Source: an uncultured virus (IMG/VR IMGVR_UViG_3300018494_004239)
Taxonomy: Duplodnaviria; Heunggongvirae; Uroviricota; Caudoviricetes
Length of the DNA stretch: 64,000 nucleotides
Reading direction: 5' to 3' (one strand)
IMG/VR virus record: IMGVR_UViG_3300018494_004239
The position numbers and the translations under genes were made by a program. Each line of letters begins with the position of its first letter. Within the stretch, counting starts at the first letter, position 1. A model generated the notes under the pieces. The model saw only the letters and a program-made list of their open reading frames with translations. It was not told where the DNA came from and searched no databases. Positions 61,055-64,000 of the stretch are shown one piece after another.

Positions 61055-61648
61055 TCACAACGAAGACCTGATTTCTTTTATTGTTGTTTGTGCGACATCG
61101 ATTAAATCGCAAATCGTAGTTGAGTTATTTATAACAAAATCTGAATTTTCTATGAAAAATTGTTCAGGATATTGAGAATTTAAACGCTTTTCTGCTGCTT
61201 CATAAGAAATTTCATCTCTTTCCATTGCTCTCTCAATCAGTATTTCTCTTGGTGCAATTACGGATACAATTTTGTCACACATCTTGTTTACACCACTTTC
61301 AAATAGTTGGGGTGCATCCAATAGAAAGTAAACACAATCGGTTTCTTTGATTTTGTTTTTGATTTCTTTTGTTACAATTGGAAACATAATTGAGTTTAAT
61401 AATTGAAGTTTCTCTTTATCGCTAAAAACAATTCCTGCTAATTTACGACGATTTAGTGTGCCATCGTCTAAAATAATTGATTTGCCAAAATTGTTTTCTA
61501 ATATTTTTAATACATCTGGGCGAGCAGTTACTTCTCTTGAAACTCTGTCTGCATTAATAACAAAGAAACCATCTCTTTCAAAAAGGTGTGAAACAGTTGA
61601 TTTTCCCGCCCCAGATTGCCCTGTAAGACCAATAATGACTTTATCCAT
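61055..61648 (-). CDS. coaE: Dephospho-CoA kinase
   Basis: IGLTGQSGAGKSTV, 'INAD', 'LNRRKLAGIVFSD','LDAPQLFE'. Confidence 0.92.
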   Translation of the reverse strand: MDKVIIGLTGQSGAGKSTVSHLFERDGFFVINADRVSREVTARPDVLKILENNFGKSIILDDGTLNRRKLAGIVFSDKEKLQLLNSIMFPIVTKEIKNKIKETDCVYFLLDAPQLFESGVNKMCDKIVSVIAPREILIERAMERDEISYEAAEKRLNSQYPEQFFIENSDFVINNSTTICDLIDVAQTTIKEIRSSL

Positions 61649-61663
61649 ATTCGTATACCTCCT

Positions 61664-62059
61664 AAAAGAAAAAAGCGATACAGGCGGTTACACCGTCCAT
61701 ATCGCTTGTACGAGTGCAACACTCGCCTTGCTTATACATTTATGTTTATTCTTTATAGGTCTACTACAAGAATTCACAATACCTGGCAATCACTACTACA
61801 ACGGTCTACATTGCCTTGTGGTTTGCCAATGCATAATCCAATACGTACGGTCTCCCGCAATATTGCCTTTTCGTTTTCCAGTGTAAAAAACTCCGTCAGA
61901 GTCCTTAAGGTGTACATCCTCGTTTCTCTATTTTTCAAAACCACTGGTACTTATACTCTCTCGACATTTTTACTGGTTCGCAATTTCAAAATGACTTGTG
62001 ATGAGAGAATCGTTTATTTAGAAACCACGTGTGCGACCACCAGTTTCCTTCTCCGAAGT
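61664..62059 (-). ncRNA. Candidate ~390-nt structured RNA or leader upstream of coaE
   Basis: Promoter TTGACT(62094)-17-TATAAT; nested stems; terminator 61664-61706. Confidence 0.6.
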
Positions 62060-62158
62060 ATATATATTATATCATAAAAATATTCGAAAGTCAATAGGTT
62101 ATTTTGCATAAAGAAAGAGAACCGCATTGCGGTTCTCTTATCTTTTTTGTTATGTTGA

Positions 62159-62371
62159 TTAGAAGTCGAAGGATGCAATATCCTCGAATGTAATCTTTTC
62201 GGTATATGTGAAGCCGTTAGACGGGTCTTCGCAAGTAACCTCAACTACCTCTTCGTCTTCGTCAACGACAAAAGACTTGTTCTGAATACCATTGATGGCA
62301 CAGATGTTGTCGATGATATCGGCCAACTCCTCTTCAGAATATTCAACATTACCAATCATATAGTGTTCCAT
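62159..62371 (-). CDS. Small acidic hypothetical protein
   Basis: GGAGG RBS, coupled to the upstream ORF. Confidence 0.65.
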   Translation of the reverse strand: MEHYMIGNVEYSEEELADIIDNICAINGIQNKSFVVDEDEEVVEVTCEDPSNGFTYTEKITFEDIASFDF

Positions 62372-62372
62372 A

Positions 62373-62678
62373 TTAAACCTCCTCAATATTTGTGAAACCA
62401 GTGAATGTTGTGTCGCCAGCGATTTCGACATTGATGTCTTCGCTGTTTTCGAGAGTTTCTCGAAGTGTCTTGTTCAGGGTTTGTGCGATTTCTGCAATAG
62501 CAGATTTGCTGGGGATTTTTGCAGCATTCTCAATGGTAAGAGTGTTTGTGATTTCTCTTGCTACATAAGGAAGTGCATAATTTCCACAACCGCTAATCTC
62601 ACCGAGCATCTTTTCGAAAGATTTATCGATGATTTTAACTTTTACAGGTGTTACAAATACCAACTCCAAATTATACAT
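62373..62678 (-). CDS. Hypothetical protein
   Basis: 101-aa ORF with GGAGG RBS. Confidence 0.65.
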   Translation of the reverse strand: MYNLELVFVTPVKVKIIDKSFEKMLGEISGCGNYALPYVAREITNTLTIENAAKIPSKSAIAEIAQTLNKTLRETLENSEDINVEIAGDTTFTGFTNIEEV

Positions 62679-62795
62679 TTGACATTCCTCCTTTATTTGT
62701 TGAATATTTGTAGTTCTTATATTTTAAGTTTTTGTTTAATTTTTTTCAAAAAAATATGAGCGAGATATTCTCGCTCATATTTGTGTTATATATTT

Positions 62796-64000
62796 TTACT
62801 TTACAATTTCAAAATACACATAACCGCAAAGGATGATAGAACTACCGAGTTCTTTCACATCTGTCTGCTTAAGTGCCTTGATAACATCATCAGATTCGAA
62901 GTCTTCATAAGTTGCAAGGAACTCAAGAGAAGTATTGGCCTTTGCATTCTTCTTAATATATGCTTCGAGTTCTGCTTCGGTTGTAAGAGTGCAATCCTTA
63001 TATTTCGAATATTGAGTGCTGGAACTTACATACTTACCCTTTTCATCCTGTGTATAGAAAAGTTCATCTTCGAAATAACCAAGGGCAGTAGCAATTTGGT
63101 CGGGGTTTTCATACATAAAGTCCTTAATACCAAGAGACTTCTCGTTGTTTGTGACATCGACTACAAACCATTCGTTACCAATCTTGACCTTATTCCATGC
63201 ATGAGGGAGATAACCCAACATATCGCCAGTTACCATAATGCATTCGACGCCAGCAAGTTCGCATAGATAATCGAAAGTATATGCATAACTTTGACATACG
63301 CCGACTTTCTTAACGAGAATGCCATAGGTGGAAAAGGAATCACGATATTTATCATCAACCTTCTTGAAGTTGTTCTTTTCGGCATTTTCGAGTGCGGCAT
63401 CATCATAACTTGTATTTGCTTCAAGGTAACTGTAGATTGCACGACGCTTTGCGGCATCGTCCATGTCTTTTGTAATAATTGTTTCAATAACCTTTTTGCC
63501 TTCTGCCATAATTTCGTTTTGGCGAGAAACCATCTCATCGACGGTGTATTCGTACTTAACAACGAGTGTCATAGTACCATAGTCATAACCATATTGCTTA
63601 ACTCCGAGGATGAGGGGGTTTTGATAGATTACTTCACAAAGGACATCGGTAAGAATAGACCAGTTCTGAATTTCGGGGAATGCTGCGATAGAAATTTCTT
63701 CTTTACCAGCAATCATACTGCGAGCAAGATATTCTTCTGCAGCAGAACTTGCATTAACAACTACACCATCTGCAACCTGCACCGTTTCTTTATTCGCTTC
63801 TTCAAGAACCTTTTCGGTATTTTCAACCTGCTGTTCTACAACCGTCTTTTCGGTAGAAGGTTCTGGGTCGGGGTTGTCTGGTGTGGAGGGTTCGTCTGGT
63901 TTTGCAGGTTCGTCGGGTTCATTAGGTTCGACTGGAGGTGTCACATCAGCGGGTGGCATAGGAGCAATATCCTTGTCGGAAGTTTTTCCATCATTAACAG
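62796..64000 (-). CDS. Transglutaminase-like domain surface protein (5' end probably outside the window)
   Basis: GVCQSYA, HAWN, DVT catalytic triad; P/D/E-rich linker. Confidence 0.85.
   Translation of the reverse strand, partial: VNDGKTSDKDIAPMPPADVTPPVEPNEPDEPAKPDEPSTPDNPDPEPSTEKTVVEQQVENTEKVLEEANKETVQVADGVVVNASSAAEEYLARSMIAGKEEISIAAFPEIQNWSILTDVLCEVIYQNPLILGVKQYGYDYGTMTLVVKYEYTVDEMVSRQNEIMAEGKKVIETIITKDMDDAAKRRAIYSYLEANTSYDDAALENAEKNNFKKVDDKYRDSFSTYGILVKKVGVCQSYAYTFDYLCELAGVECIMVTGDMLGYLPHAWNKVKIGNEWFVVDVTNNEKSLGIKDFMYENPDQIATALGYFEDELFYTQDEKGKYVSSSTQYSKYKDCTLTTEAELEAYIKKNAKANTSLEFLATYEDFESDDVIKALKQTDVKELGSSIILCGYVYFEIVK

Noticed and set aside
61664..62059. RNase P RNA or tmRNA
   Set aside because: Superficial GAAGGAAAC..UCGCAC and GAUUGCC matches, but no P4 partner and no tRNA-like ends

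Overview
AT-rich, Clostridia-like DNA that reads as part of a very large extrachromosomal element (megaplasmid or jumbo phage; no capsid, terminase or T4SS genes are in the window to decide). It has short transcription units with near-consensus sigma-A promoters and terminators, scattered stand-alone housekeeping-type genes (gyrB, recA, ung, coaE, deoC, yqeY) and many orphans. Main discoveries: (1) six dispersed type IV pilin-like genes; five share a ~200-aa N-terminal module with swapped C-terminal tips (orphan, DUF6273/C-lectin-like with a DGR variable-region signature, an intein-like Hint domain, two LRR tips), and G-quadruplex-capable tracts and poly-A promoter spacers lie next to some of them; (2) gyrB split by two paralogous ORF-less group I introns, splicing to a 633-aa protein with an unusual EGKSAGG motif; (3) an ~11.8-kb three-tyrosine-recombinase (GInt-like) island inserted in the NPPY codons of a DNA methyltransferase gene and carrying a replacement methyltransferase; (4) a TnpB-only IS in deoC, a truncated second tnpB, and a Tn7-like end preceding an orphan hsdM; (5) three promoter-to-terminator structured ncRNA candidates; (6) a radical SAM/SPASM gene linked to 'GFVTNSSSSSF' proteins. 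All calls come from motif reading and hand pairing; no database search was run.
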